A stretch of 64,000 nt of DNA from Eledone cirrhosa (GCA_964016885.1 OZ024740.1:174654001-174718000), one strand, 5' to 3'. Counted from the first letter of the stretch, positions 25,181 to 38,819 are shown. Numbers and translations: made by a program. Notes: generated by a model from the sequence alone, not told the origin.

Positions 25181-26351
25181 AGAATATTCAGAGAGTTCTT
25201 GTAGAACTGGTGTCAAACTTTGGCATCCAAAACTATGCAAGTCTCCAAACGGAGATATTTCGTAGTTCCGAAAGTTCTGCATTCTTCCCCATGAATGAGT
25301 ACAGTGTACTGCAACAGCCTGGGATTCGAGGAAACGCAATGAGATTCCATGTTCTCCTTCAAAATATGAAGAAGTTCCGTGAAATGGATGTCAAGACATT
25401 CATGCTGGATCTAGACATGCTGTTGTGTACAATCCATTTCAACTGAATTGTAATTTCTAACTCACTCATTCATCAATTATTGAGCACCTGACTAAAACAA
25501 ACCGTTGAGGTGGAATAGTTGATGTAATGGGTATCGCTGGCTGTTCTCCGATATGCTGTTCAAAAATGTTTTCTTCTTCCTCATTCCACACTCCTTTTCT
25601 TCTCTTTCTCAGACCTGTCAACTCTCCCCGTCCGACGGGCAGATTTCCCCTGTCCCTCCGTTTTTGTGAAAATGGGTGTAGCCTACATTATGTAAAATCT
25701 CTCCATTTTGCCTCATTTCTCCCATTTTGGGGCACTGTTTTTCATGGTACTCCCCGTTTGTGTATTTAGAGGTTGGCGGATCTGCTTTCTTTAATTTTAT
25801 CTTTAGTGATAAGATGTTTATATAAAATACTAATTATGTTTATAAACTGCTACGTACTTGGATTCTGTATATACGCTGCTGCAAGAACATATGCTTCTTA
25901 AGATTATACTTACTCCAATAACCGCTATAATAGTAAATATCATAAATTGTTCCATCTAGTTGCTATTGTTTGTTGCTCGGGGAATGTTTGGGGGGAGGGG
26001 CTATCCTGGTGTATTTCCTGTTTTCTTTTTAGATTCACTTGTTTTTATGAAAATGATAATGTTCTTTTGATAATAAAAACGACTTTTCATCTTCGGTTTA
26101 TGCTCAGACGTATGACAAAGGCACTCCAGCTGTAACATTCATTCATTCTTCTAAGACAGGATGTCGAAGACCAAATTACAAAATCAGTTCTTCCTTCGTT
26201 TATACGACAAGGTGTGATTTGAAGAAGATTTGGCTTCTATTTCTAGCCAGTCGAATGAGCACGTAACTGGGTACATTTTATGTCAACTCATTTGCTTTCT
26301 TCCGTAACTGCACGAAATAAAATCCTAAAATACCGGGAACTATCAAATAAC

Positions 26352-26540
26352 TATTTTTTCCAGCGTTCGAGACGTTTGGTGGAGCTGAGCCGCTGGCAAC
26401 GAGGTTTTTGTCATCGTTAGCAGCTCGCCTTACCGAGGTGTCAGGTGATGTACATGGGGGCGCCTTGTTTCAGCACCTTAGTCTCGCCATCACCTGCGGT
26501 AATACTACGAGCGTATTGGCTTGCCTTAAACATTTTTGAT
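26352..26540 (+). mobile_element. CRE-like RLE non-LTR 3' fragment
   Basis: Translates FPAFETFGGAEPLATRFLSSLAARLTEVSGD..GALFQHLSLAITCGNTTSVL, a typical CRE-clade C-terminus. Confidence 0.7.
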
Positions 26541-27296
26541 GACTCTTATGGTGTGTAATCAATTGACGCAATTAGTGATGAATTGATTTTTTTGTGTTTT
26601 TTGTTTCTCTCGCCTTGATTATATATTTTTGTGTATATATTTATAAGGTTCCTAACAATAATTAATTGTATATATTATTAGTGTTTATATTTTCATTATG
26701 TAAGAATTATAAACTATTTGTAATGTTATTTATACAACTGTGAGTCAATTTTATTTAATTGAGATATTCTTTTTACGAAGTAGGTTTTACCAGTACAAAC
26801 ATTGAATTAATACTGTCATATATGTGTTTTAACTAATAAACATGTCAAATATTATAAAGAGTATTTCTATTAGTAAATGTTGAGATAGCTCACATTTCTT
26901 ATATCAGAAATCCAGCAGTATACATATACTTATCTTTACTTAGAGGGCAAGTGTGTGTGTATACCGTAAATACTCAAGTGTAGTGCGAGAATTTTATTAT
27001 CAAGAAATAGTATGTCCCACTATACACAGGTATTTGTTTGAGGTGGGGAATATTCATTCGTTCTTGACGACCGTAACCTACATGGTAGATAACCTGCTTG
27101 GTAGGTAACCTACTTGGTAGATACCGTTAGCTATCCTTAATAGTAGTGGCAAACTCCTTTGGCCTGCACTCTGTAGTTTAGATTCTTTCTGTCTGTTGCT
27201 ACATGAAGAATAGGTCAAAGAATTCACTATGCATGCTACATAAACTCTACAAATATATTATATGAATGACAAATTAACGATCATTATTTTCCTTTC

Positions 27297-27622
27297 ATTC
27301 TGAGTTCAAATCCCGCCGAGGTTGACTTTGCCTTTCATCCTTACGGGGTCGATAAAATAAAGTACCAGTAATGCACTGGGTAATTGCTGGCCTTGTGCCT
27401 AAAGTAGAAGCAATTATTTTCCTTTCATAGGCGGTGGATTGGCAGTATTGGTAGAGTGTCGGATGCCATGCTTTGGCGCATAGAGTTACGGCCCTTGCCA
27501 TTCTGAGTTCAAATCCCGCCGAGGTTAACTTTGCCTTTCATCCTTACAGGGTCGATAAAATAAAGTACCAGTAATACACTGGGTAATTGCTGGCCTTGTG
27601 CCTAACGTAGAAACAATTATTT
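27297..27622 (+). mobile_element. Two tandem family A SINEs
   Basis: Consensus match; the first copy is 5'-truncated. Confidence 0.9.
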
Positions 27623-27689
27623 TCCTTTCTTAAATTTGTGTCTCTTCGTTCGCACGTATTTACATTACTGAGGTAGTGCTTTGTCAAGA

Positions 27690-28060
27690 TTTTACGCAGT
27701 ACCAAAATCTTCCATTATGATAGGCTTATCAGAATTGCTCAAAGGCTGAGCTCGCATTATACACGAGCTCTGTAAAAAAAACCATATACAGGTATGTTGT
27801 TTCTGCATCAGATTGCTATTTTGATTAGAATGCTCCACTAGTATCCATTTTTTAAAAGATGTAGATACATTCTGGTGCTTGTGTGCTGGTGTTATGGCTA
27901 TAAGGACAATCCTTCCTGTAAATAACACTGTAAATAATTTTGACAACTGTCATGTCTCCTGGGAAGTTGGTACCTTGCAGACACTTCTGGGTAGCCACTG
28001 ATTATGTGGATGACGTCTTGCTCACTGGTATGACATAATCAATATTTCTATCATAATGTG
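27690..28060 (-). mobile_element. Degenerate R4/Dong-like fragment (zinc knuckle to RLE)
   Basis: Minus strand CHTSEQDVIHIISGYPEVSARYQLPRRHD..KIIYSVIYRKDCP, then Y*WSILIKIAI*CRNNIP, matching YWWNVPVKTPIKCKHNRP of ORF 558. Confidence 0.7.
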
Positions 28061-28139
28061 AATGTTTAAAGGCATCTTTATCGCTGTTATTAATCCCGTA
28101 TTTACTAGCTATGAATTGTGTATGAATATATGTATGCAT

Positions 28140-28325
28140 GTCGGGTCGCTCTTCAACGCTACTGGTAACTTGTAGCCCAGTACAACTTGTGCGTAGTCGG
28201 GTCGTCGGTGACTAAACCGGCAACCCAACCAAGCTTGCTTGGTGAGGAAGGTGACTTTGGACACCCTGCGGGATGAAAAACAAAACCCGTCGAAGGGCGG
28301 AGAAACTCATGAGAGTCAACGGCCA
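28140..28325 (+). mobile_element. Divergent stand-alone copy of the 5' module of the 606 bp element
   Basis: gctactggtaac..gtcgggtcgtcggtgactaaaccggcaacc..cttggtgagg..aaaaacaaaaccc..gagagtcaacggcc. Confidence 0.8.
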
Positions 28326-28636
28326 TAAAATATTTATTTTTTGTTTGTTTGTTTGTTTTTTTGTTTTTTTTGTGGAGCGAGATACTGTTGCATTCGATGT
28401 TCAGAAAGTGGGATTGGTCCCGTGCAAAGCCTTTCCTCGCTTAAAAAAGCTTCAAGTATAGGTATCGCTTGATATGAGACATTTTTGCAATGCATGGTAT
28501 TGCTCTCTAGCAGGACTAAAAAGCCACCTCTGTGATGCTCATGCTTAAGTATCAAGCTATGGCATTACTCAAAATCGAGTTACAGCTTTCATGTATATGT
28601 GTATGCATGTGTGTATGTATGTATGTATGTATGTAT

Positions 28637-29242
28637 GTCAGGTCACCACTTGGTGCTACTGGTAACATGTATTCCAGTACAACCTGTCCCATGGTCGGGT
28701 CGTTGGCGACTAAACTGGCAACCCCACCAAGGTTTCTTGGTGAGGAGGGTGACTTTGGACATCCTGCAGGACTAAAAACAAAACCTGTCAAAGGGCAAAG
28801 GAGCTCTAAAGAGTCAATGGCCATCCAAAATCACCGGGAGAGATGACCCCTTAGCCTTTGTCAAGGCAGAATTCTAGGAGAAGGAAAACTCTGATATAAC
28901 ACCTGCAACTCTGATGGTATCCAATGATGTTGACTTGTTTTTCTTTTTGGTAAATATCATCTTGGTTAAGAGAGTGGGACTGGCTTTGTGCAGTGCCTTT
29001 GCTCACTATAAAAGCTTCACGGCACAGGCATTGCTTTATATCTGGAGATCTCTCTGCACTTGTCATCACATGGTACCATGGGCCTAGCACTATGTGTCAA
29101 TAATTGTCACAAGTATAGTGTTTGTACCAGAGTTTTCAAGTCGCTGGCTGGACTAAAGTCACATTCGTTCAGCGCATCGGTAGGAGTTCTCCTACATGGA
29201 TATAAAGTAGTGGCCGTACTCGAAAACGAGTTGGCAGCCACC
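28637..29242 (+). mobile_element. Full-length ~606 bp RTE-derived non-autonomous element with (ATGT)n tail
   Basis: Six copies in the window. The 3' part encodes a relic SVCTRVFKSLAGLKSH (RTE C-terminal C2H2-like) and ends gtactcgaaaacgagttggcagccacc(ATGT)n. Confidence 0.92.
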
Positions 29243-29277
29243 ATGTATGTATGTATGTATGTATGCGTATGTTATTG

Positions 29278-29447
29278 TCAGTACGCTCCTGAGTGCTGCT
29301 GGTAACATGTAACCCAATGCAACCTGTACGTCGACGACTGAACCAGCAACCATATCAAGTTTGCTTGGTGAGGAGGGTGATTGTGGGACACCCTGTGAGA
29401 TGAAAACAAATCTTAAGACCAGAGGAACTCAGAGAGTCAATGGCCTT
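29278..29447 (+). mobile_element. Second divergent copy of the 5' module
   Basis: gctgctggtaacatgta..cttggtgaggagggtg..ggacaccctg..gagagtcaatggcc. Confidence 0.7.
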
Positions 29448-29649
29448 CGAAAAATATGCACGTATTGTGCGGGTGTAAAAATATGTATTTGTGTGTCTGT
29501 GTGGGATTATTTGCACGTGTGTTCGTATGCATATATAAATAAAATAGTTTTTATTTTTTATTTTTAAATAATTCTTTTTTATTTCATTTTATCATATTTA
29601 TTTATTTATCTTATATTTTTATCTGGAAAAACCTACAATTGATACAGCT

Positions 29650-31255
29650 ACTAATTGTCTTTCATCTGCTTCTCATTGGATTCTGGTTGTTGACACTTAG
29701 AGAGCAGCATGCATGATGTAGCACAATCACGTGCTACTTTGATCTCCTTGTGCAAATATCTCTCCAATGTCCCGCACCGATGAGGAAGCAGCGACGTATA
29801 CAGACCTAATGAGTTGGAGGTATACAGTTGCTAATCTATGGCTTATCCAACGTCGTTGCCAGTTTTCAGAATAGGAACTGGTTTGAAGGGAGTCTTTTGT
29901 GACTGAGTAGCCCTTTCAAGGATGAACAGTTTTCACCTAAATCTTGGGAAAGGTCTAGTAAAGGTGATCCAAACATTGCTCCCCCCCCCCTCCCATCAAG
30001 CTGGTCAGCTACCTGTGGCTGACGGCTGTACATGGCCGGCATGAAAACAAGAAGAAGAATAGTAATTTTCAGAAGAATTTTCAAAAGAATAGAATTACAT
30101 TGAATGTTAGAACACTTATTGACAGGGAATCAGCCACAAATCCAGAACGCAGAACTGCTATAGTTGGCAGAGAATTGAGCAGGTATAATATTGATATAGC
30201 TGTAATCTCTGAAACCCGTCGTAGTGGTGAACGTCATCTATCAGAGAGAGGTGTTGGCTATATGTTTGATAACCCATCCATAGTTGTTGAGGAAATTATT
30301 AATGAACTGCCGCAAAAGTAGACTGTAATAGATGATAAATGATCCAACTGTTGATGAGATAAAGACTACCATCAAATAGATAAAAACAGGGAAAGCACTA
30401 GGTTTGGATGGAATAACTGTTGAGCTTATCATCTTTGAAGGAGACAATGTTGTTATGGTCATTCAGGGATTAGTTTTATCTGTATGGAATTGTGAGCCAG
30501 TCCCGCATTACTGGATAGACAATTTTGCTGTCGATTTACAAGGGTAAGGGCTCCAAGTCTGAAAGCAGTGATTATCGTGATATACGTCTACTCGAATTGG
30601 TAGGAAAAGTCCAAGGTTCTGCTGAATCGTCTAATAATATGGATCTGCTCTGGTGCCATCCCTGAGACCCAATATGGATTCAGAGCAGGGCGATGTACTA
30701 TGGACATGATTTCTTCAGCCCGCCAGCTTATGGAGAAGTGTGTTGAGCAGCGAGTGCCACTATACCAAGTATTTGTGAACATTACTAAAGTCTTCGATAC
30801 TGTTAATTGTAGTGCATTGCGGGTCATATTGGGAAAACTTGAATGGTCTCTTGAATTTGTTGGAATATTCACAAAGCTTCATCAAAATATAAAGGCAAAA
30901 GTGAACTTCAAAGGGACACTTTCAGTGCTAATTTCATTGGAAAAAGTTGTCAATCAGAATGACAAGCCTGTACCCACTCTCTTCTTCTATTTTGCCGAGT
31001 TGCTGACATGACTTCCAAGACTTCGAAATCCGTGTATACTTGTGATTTAGAACCTCTGGCAAAGTGTTTAATCTAAGATGTTTTAACACCAAGTCCAAAA
31101 CATTTGGCATTCTTGTCAGAGTTCCTGTATACTGATGATGCAGATTTTGTGGTACACACTATAGAGGATATGCAGTTGATATTGGACACCTTCTCCAATG
31201 CATGCTGCTTTTGCGTTATAGCATAAAAAAGATGAAGACTATATACACTCCACCA
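29650..31255 (+). mobile_element. Internally deleted RTE LINE (APE and RT remnants)
   Basis: APE NVRTLIDR..ERRTAIVGRELSRYNIDIAVISETR; RT PETQYGFRAGRCTMDMISSARQLMEKCVEQ..FDTV..YTDD; many stops and frameshifts. The 5' boundary is approximate. Confidence 0.85.
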
Positions 31256-31549
31256 GTTTGTTTATTTTTACAGAGCAAATTACGAATAGAGCTTCTTAGA
31301 AACACAGATCGGCGGACCTTTCATCACCGCAGTTGAGGTGATACTTGCGCGTTTGCGACAATGAAATACTACTATTTTCGTAATCTCTATACTATATGAT
31401 GACACATGAATGGTGTAGGATAAACTGGAGCAGTCACTTATTTTTTTCGAGCACAACCGCATCTGCATCCACCATTGAAGTTTTTTTTTTTTGCAATACA
31501 GCTGTATATCTTCATTGTCTTTGAACCCATGAGAGGGGAAGCACTACAC

Positions 31550-31596
31550 CATCTTCCTTATCATCATCATCCTCATCATTATCCTCATCCTCCTCC

Positions 31597-31631
<35 letters not shown>

Positions 31632-31657
31632 TTCATCATGATCATTATCATCATCAT
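31550..31657. repeat. (CAT)n tract, probably the tail of a minus-strand RTE-tailed SINE (to ~31960)
   Basis: Followed by ttttacgccagctttccatgc, the reverse RTE/SINE tail. Confidence 0.8.
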
Positions 31658-32244
31658 TTTTACGCCAGCTTTCCATGCTGACATAGATCAAACTGGTCAT
31701 CACAGTCCAGTTTAGTTCTTATTCTGAGTTTCTGTCCTCCTCACCTTGTCCGGTGACCACGTTGAGCCCATACAGTCAAATAGTTTGGCATTAGTTCTTC
31801 CGTTGGATGCTATTCCTAACACTGTGCATTTTATCAGCTTACCAACACTGGGGGAGATATTATGTCCTTGACAATACTAGAAGTTCCTGTCTACATTCGA
31901 TTGCCAACCCCTTTACTGCGTGTACTGAATGCATTTTATAGTGACACCAATGCTATAAAGAAAGTGGTCTTACTCGATAGCAAGTCGACAACGATCGTAT
32001 GTATGTTTGTATACTTCTCTAAATATATACATATATGAATGAATGAGCAATGTTTGTATGTAAATGTAAACAGTTTGGGAGATGATGGGTGAAAGAAATG
32101 CATTGGTAGCTAGGTACATCCGCATATAGACGAACAGATAATTTTTAAAAAAGCAGGTACGATATATGATTGATGTAGTTGCATATACATATGCCTATAT
32201 GTATGTGTCTCTCTGTGTGTGCATGTACGTAATTGTATGTATAT

Positions 32245-32337
<93 letters not shown>

Positions 32338-32632
32338 GTTTACTCTCACACACATATGTGTGTAGGTGGGGGTGTGGGTGTGTGTGTACGACTTTCACCA
32401 TAATACATAACCTAAGTATATTGATTAAAACATTTCTGCTAGTAGAATAGAAGGGAGTTGGTTGCATCACGTTATTTAAACAGAATAGTTTTCTCAGAAA
32501 AATGAAACTATTGTTTCTAAAGGAAACGTCCATATTATGTCTGAATACCATTTCTGCAGCTGCAGGTATCATTGTACTCCCAGAAGACTGATGATTATTT
32601 AGAATACAATAAAACTTCTCTCTCTCTCTCTT

Positions 32633-32703
<71 letters not shown>

Positions 32704-33159
32704 ATATATATGTGTCTTTGAATGTGTGTGTTTGTGCATATATATATACAAAATAAGATTACTTTCTATATTCTTAAAATATAAAATTTAATTCATGAAA
32801 ATAACTATAATCAATTGATACTGTATTTCTTCAAATTATTCTTTCATTGCGTCTATTAAATAATATGAATAAAAAAACTTTCACAGGGTTTCAACTTATT
32901 ACAAACATTTATTTACATCAGATATCGGGAACCTATGACTACTGAACTGCCTGCAGTATTTTATCCTATCTAGAGTGGTTTTTAAGCACTCTCAACTTTT
33001 ATTTTCTCTTTGTTTCACATAAAAAAAAACGTCATGACTTGTGACCCTGACTTTGAAGCAATTTCAGATAAGATTCAAAGCAAAAAAATGTATTGTTTAA
33101 GAAAAAAACCGAGGTAAATTTGTGTTTTCTTGTATGTATTTTAAAAAAATACTGCAGAA

Positions 33160-34075
33160 ATCAAGTGTGGCTTATCCTGCTTGGTTACAATAGGTCTAGT
33201 GACTAGCAGTACATGAAAGAACCTCTCTTGCAGGGGAACCACCTGATTAACATCAAGTTGTTGCACAGTCCCTCTACACCATAGATGTGGGGGAAGAGCA
33301 AGGCACTCATGCAGCTCCCTTCACATCAAGCACGGAACTTCAGAATTGGCACTATAAATGAAAGGTAAGTATGATGGGATTGGGGAGATGCTAGATTTTG
33401 TATGTGGCAGAAGCACAAAAGAAGTAAACACTAAGAGCATATGTGAAATAGATACCCCCCCCCCCCCCGTTGTCAGAAAGACTCCTTAGAGGTTGTTGAC
33501 ATTGCTACCGAGCTGACCAAATCAGCAATGGGGGAGGATGCTCTGAAAGTGTGATGGCCTGAGTAAGAACAGGCTGGAAGAAGTTTATGGAGCTGGCACT
33601 TCTTCTGACAATAAAAGGCATCTCTCAGAGTGAAAGGTAGACTGTACCATGCCTATGTGCATACAGCAATACTACATGACAGTGAAACACGGACTTTGAC
33701 TTCTGAAAACCTGAGAAAGCTACAAGGAAATGAAGCGAGTGTACTCTGATGGATGTGTAATGTTAGTGTGCATGAAATGTAGCATAAGTGAGCTAAGAGA
33801 AAAATTTGGCATAAGAAGAATTGGATATAGTGGACAAGAAAGAAGACTACGTTGGTATTACATGTGATGTATATGGAAGATGACAGCTGTATAGAAAATA
33901 TGCAGAGAAACTTTAGTTTCTGGAACTGCAGAAGAGACAGATCCAGAATGATTTGGGAAGAGGTAGTGAAGACAGACTTTAAGAAGCTGGACATCACAAC
34001 AGGGATGATAAAAACTGTAAGAATTAGTGACATGCCCCTACCAGTATAAAATGTTATATGATCCATCCCAGTGCT
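33160..34075 (+). mobile_element. Degenerate, internally deleted RTE (PHD-type family)
   Basis: RIGTIN-like APE start near 33340 is joined to VRTGWKKF..RVKGRLY..HDSET..ERRLRWY..MEDDSC. Confidence 0.75.
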
Positions 34076-35489
34076 CACTCACACTCTTTAGTAGCTGTCA
34101 TCAAAATTCCTGTGCTCTTCCTACCCCATCCATGCCTCTCCACTATCACTCCTTAGCTATTCTCACCCTCTCTTCATCTGCTTTATCAACCACCCCATTC
34201 ATGCCCCACCATTATCACTCTTAACTATTCTCACCTCCACGACACCCCCTCTAAAAATCTCAACGCACCTGTGACTACTCCCCCTATGTTATTGGAAATC
34301 ACCCAATCCCCCATATTCATCGCCTGTCAAATCAAACCACTCTCATCCCCACTCTCAGAGCAGAGAGGGCTCTTCATTTGGGAAAATAACTAACAACCTG
34401 CCTAGTGCTGGTATCACGAAAATGCACACAGTTCATACTGTAAGATAGTTGCCAATAGGAAAGACATCCCCTGTTAAAGAAATCATGCCAAAAAGGGTTG
34501 AGAAGTCCCTTCAGTTCTGTTAATGGCACAACATTGGTGATCTACATGTAAAGTGGTTGGTGATAGGAAGGTTATCCAGCCATAGAAAGCTTGCCAAACA
34601 AAGGACACTTTAGTAATGTCAAAGACATGTCAATTTCCCTAGTGCTGGAACGAAAGCTTTGGTTGATAAAGTATTTTATTGAACTTTCAATTTCCTAATT
34701 CTTTTTTTATTTCTGGTGTCACAATAAAATGTACTCAGTAGAGCACAGGATCACATGTTAGTAAGATGAAAGCCCCCAACCCATCTGCTTGAGTACTCTC
34801 AATCTGTGAAAACCTGTCCAACATATGCTAGTAGGGAAAATGGACTTTAAATGGTGATACTGAGGGCTATGATGATGATGATGATTTCAAGCTGCTGAAA
34901 CTCACAAAAGACTGCAATGAGTAGAGGAAAGGTGTGGTGGATGAGAAATAATGATGATGATGGTGGTGGTGGTGATGATGATATGCGGCTATGATAGTTT
35001 CAATGTTTTGTTGGGGGGGAGGGGGGTTACTAAAATTGATCTCCAAATTGAAAAGTTTCTTGACCTCTAATTTACATCAATATGGTTCTTCTTTTTCAAT
35101 ATGGTACAAGGTCAAATCCTATGATAAAATATATTCTTTTAAATCTAGTATAATAGTAGTGAATTGACAGTCATTAAAATGTCAGATGGAATATTTTATG
35201 GTATTCATTCCTGCTCTCTGCTTTCTGAGTTCAAATCCCGCCACAGTCAACTTTGCCTTTCATCCTTTCGGGGTCGATAAAAAAAAGTATCAGTCTAGTA
35301 CTGGGCTCAATTCTTCTTCTCTCTGGAAGAAATCTGCTGTACTCAGGCCTGGAGAGGGATGGACTCCAGCAGGCTTAAAATGTCAATACAGCACCCCTAC
35401 GACTCTATCTGGAGTTACGGGACCATACATACAATACGTAATACTTGTATTTATCATACTGATCGTGGTTGTCAAATCGAGTTACATGT

Positions 35490-35838
35490 AGCAGATTATA
35501 CTACTTTTCAAGACTACATGCTAGTATTTATTTTTTTTAATTTGAAATTATGAATTTTAAAGGTAAAAATCCTATTCAATGTCTTATTAACACTTATATG
35601 ACCATATTTATAATGAAATACACTGTATTTTAATTAATTAATGAAGAATTTGGAGGGATTTACAAAACCTTTTTATTGTTTCATTATTAAGATGTTATTT
35701 ATAATATAACTTAACAAAAGGTTCACATATAAAATTTTGTTGAAGGGTTTTAATTTAAATAGGAGCCCATTTAAAATGAGCGTTTTTGTCTCATTGAAAT
35801 AGAAGCAGTTTTGGTTAAGTTGGTATCAAAAGGGTTAA
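35490..35838. mobile_element. Second piggyBac-like MITE remnant
   Basis: Right end ggtatcaaaagggTTAA; internal sequence resembles 35990-36180; left TIR not seen. Confidence 0.45.
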
Positions 35839-36184
35839 ATTATGAACTAAGTAAATTAGTATCAACCTGTAAACAATCAATATGTTAAAGGAATTGCTAT
35901 AATGATTTCAATTTAGTACTGTCTTAGCCATCTTAGCTACTGATTCTTATGTCTTAATTGATGGTAAACAAATTTAGTTAATTATAAGGATACCAAAATA
36001 TATTAACTTTTTTGTTGCTAATGAAAGATACCATCTATGATTTTCAAATAATTTTGAAAAAAAAGAATTTTGAGGGATTTAGTAATATAACTGACTTTCG
36101 CATTATTTATCTGGTGTTTGGAACATAACTTAACAAATGTTCTTATAAAAGAATTCTGATGAAAGGCATTTAGATAAATATAAA

Positions 36185-36381
36185 CACTTTAGCATTTATG
36201 TTATTCTATATATACTATTGTATATTTACAGTAAAGGCTTTATTTCATATGATATTGAATCTATGAGATATTGATATTATTTAGTACCTTAATATCAGTA
36301 TGAGTGGCTGGTTACAGCCAGTTTGAACAGAAAGAGGTGAGAGAATTCTGGCTGGATACAGCCGGTTTAAATGCTAAAGAG
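36185..36381. mobile_element. piggyBac-like MITE, copy 2
   Basis: ctttagcattta...taaatgctaaagagttaa; the body matches 3439-3662. Confidence 0.85.
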
Positions 36382-36844
36382 TTAAAACAAATAGCTTTGT
36401 ATTATAGAACAAGTGTTGGTTTTAGTTGGTTTCAAGCAGTTTGGTATCAATTAGTTCAAATTTTTAGTGTGGGATATCTTCTGTTACAATTTTTTTTACT
36501 TTGATTTTCTTTTTTCTTGATTTCTCATGCCTCCACTACTCAGAACATATAAAGAATTGCTGTGGCCATTTTTACTATCAAGAACAATCAAATGACATAT
36601 AATGTCTCTATATACCTTATGGAAATATAAAATCTGTATGTACTTCTAATAAGAGTCATGACAAAAAATAAAGATCATTTATTGTTATGAAATGTGAGAG
36701 AATTTGAGAGGAAAAAATCGGAATTCCTTTATGTCTATAACATTAAAATGCAAAGAGTTATTGGGAAGGGAAAATGACAAGACAGAGAGAATGTAATTGA
36801 AGGAAAGAGATGAGGATGAATGTTGTTTTTGAAATTTTGTAAAT

Positions 36845-37682
36845 TATAGTGTTCGATATGTAGGAAAGGAACGGGCATAAATTCCATAAAATGTACGCAA
36901 TGCAGATCCTGGGTACACAAGAGATGTAGTGGGATAGCAGGCAAACTAACAGGTAGGGAAAACTATGTATGCAGTAGATGTACAGGGAAAGTTGGCAGTA
37001 GTAATCGCAGTGATAGACACATTTTTTCCAATGCAGGTGGGTTCTATAGAAGTGGTTGATAGCTTCTGGTACCTAGGTGATCAGATTAGCATGGAAGGGG
37101 GGTGTTCCAAGGCCATAGTATCTAGAATAAAAACGGGTTGGAAGAAGTTTAGGGAGCTTCTTCCTCTGTTGACAAAGAAGGGTTTCTCCCTGCGTACGAA
37201 AGGACGGTTATATGATGCCTGTATGAGATGCACGATGCTGCATGGTAGTGAGACATGGGCAGCAACTGCAGAGGATATGTGATGGCTGGAGAGAAATGAA
37301 GCAAGCATGCTCCATTGGATGTGCAATGTCAATGTGCGTGAATGACCAAGCATAGACGACCAAGCATAGACGAGAAAGAAACTGGGTATAAGAGGGATAA
37401 GTTGTGGTGTACAGGAGAGAAGACTGAGATGGTATGGACATGTGATGCACATGGAGGATGACTACTGGGTAAAGAAGTGCCAAGAAATCCCAGTAGAAGG
37501 AAGACGTGGTAGAGGTAGACCATGAAAAACATGGGTAGAGGTGGTGAGAGCAGACCTCAGATCATTGAAACTCATGGAGGAGATGATGAAGGACCGTGAC
37601 AAATGGAGAGATGCTGTGCTGAATAGGACCACTCCCACCCTTGCAAGCAGGGAAAAGCGGACGTAAAATGATGATGATGATG
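36845..37682 (+). mobile_element. RTE LINE subfamily 1, 3' fragment
   Basis: Matches 42150-42955; tail cccttgcaagcagggaaaagcggacgtaaa(ATG)n. Confidence 0.9.
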
Positions 37683-37749
37683 ATATATGATATATATAGA
37701 GAGAGTAGAGAGATATGATATATGATATATATATATATCATCATCATCA

Positions 37750-38790
37750 TCGTTTAACGTCCATCTTCCACGCTTGCATGGGTTTGGACGGGAATTTTCC
37801 CACTTGAGGCAAGATTGGTTGTCTTGCTCGTATAGGACTGTCTGGTGAGTTTTCTACGGCTGGATGCCCTTCCTAACACAAACCACGTTTACAGTGTGGA
37901 CTGGGAGGTTTTTACCGTCTTACCTACACGGCCACATTATAGCGTGGACTGTGTTTTTTATGTTGTGACACCTACACAACCTCATTTATTTTGGACTGGA
38001 TGTTGTGGTACCAACATAACTTTATATCGAAAGGGGTGGTGTGGATAGGATGGGGGTAGTGGGACGGGGAGATGTATATTTGTTAAGAGGTGCCTACTGA
38101 CTGTAGGTTTCGCTTTGTACTTAGGCAAGGCGGGTCTTCTGTATTACTGTGTAGATCTCAGTCCAGTGACATTGTCTTGGAGAGTTGTAAGTGTGTGAGG
38201 TCGGAATTTATCAAGTTGTCCCAGGTTTTTCTGGGTCTGCCTACTCCGTGGCTACCATCTATTTTTATCGCCCTGCACTTTTTTATACAGCTGTCGTCTT
38301 CCATGCGCATCACGTGACCATACCAACGTAGCCTTCTCTCGAGTAAACAACATCTGATCCCTCTTATTCCTAATTTCACCCTTCGTTCATTTATGCTTTG
38401 CCGTTCACGTATATTACTATTACACATCCAGCGGAGCATGCAAGCTTCGTTCCTCTCCCGTCTGCGTATATCCTCTGCACACAATGCCCAGGTCTCACTG
38501 CCATGTAAACATTGCTGTTCGTATGCAGGCATCATACAGCCTGCCCTTCATTTTTAGAGAGAACCCTTTAGCAGCCAATAGTGGTATAAGCTCTCTGAAC
38601 TTTTTCCATCCCGTTCTGACTCTAGCTACTGTACTTTCAGAACACCCTCCACCACTGCTGATTTTGTCACCCAGGTAACGGAAGGTGTCCACTATTTCTA
38701 TAGAACCATCTGTGCAATGGAATGAGCTAGTATTCTGTGGGCACTTGCTGCTACTTATTGCACCTGAGCACCGGCCACATATAAATATAT
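37750..38790 (-). mobile_element. RTE LINE subfamily 2, 3' fragment with long 3' UTR
   Basis: ORFs 38495-38797 and 38158-38535 (RVRTGWKKFREL..HGSETW..ERRLRWYGHV); reverse complement of 47780-48830. Confidence 0.9.
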
Positions 38791-38819
38791 ACATCATTTC
38801 ATCATCATCATCATTTCAT

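Noticed and set aside
28678-28755. Twister-like (acctg-tccc..cgggt, gaggaggg) or HDV-like (tcg ttgg cga ctaa actgg) ribozyme fit in the 5' module
   Set aside because: No UAA-P2 junction or matching P1 could be placed, and the CCC is not conserved in the 28140 copy.
28851-29090. Recurrent 79 aa ORF (MLGPWYHV...CLDKG) conserved across copies
   Set aside because: It is antisense to the element, starts at a non-ATG codon, and its conservation simply reflects young copy age.
33034-33113. Possible first coding exon (MTCDPDFEAISDKIQSKKMYCLRKKP, AG|GTAAAT)
   Set aside because: Short, no recognisable homology and no partner exons found.
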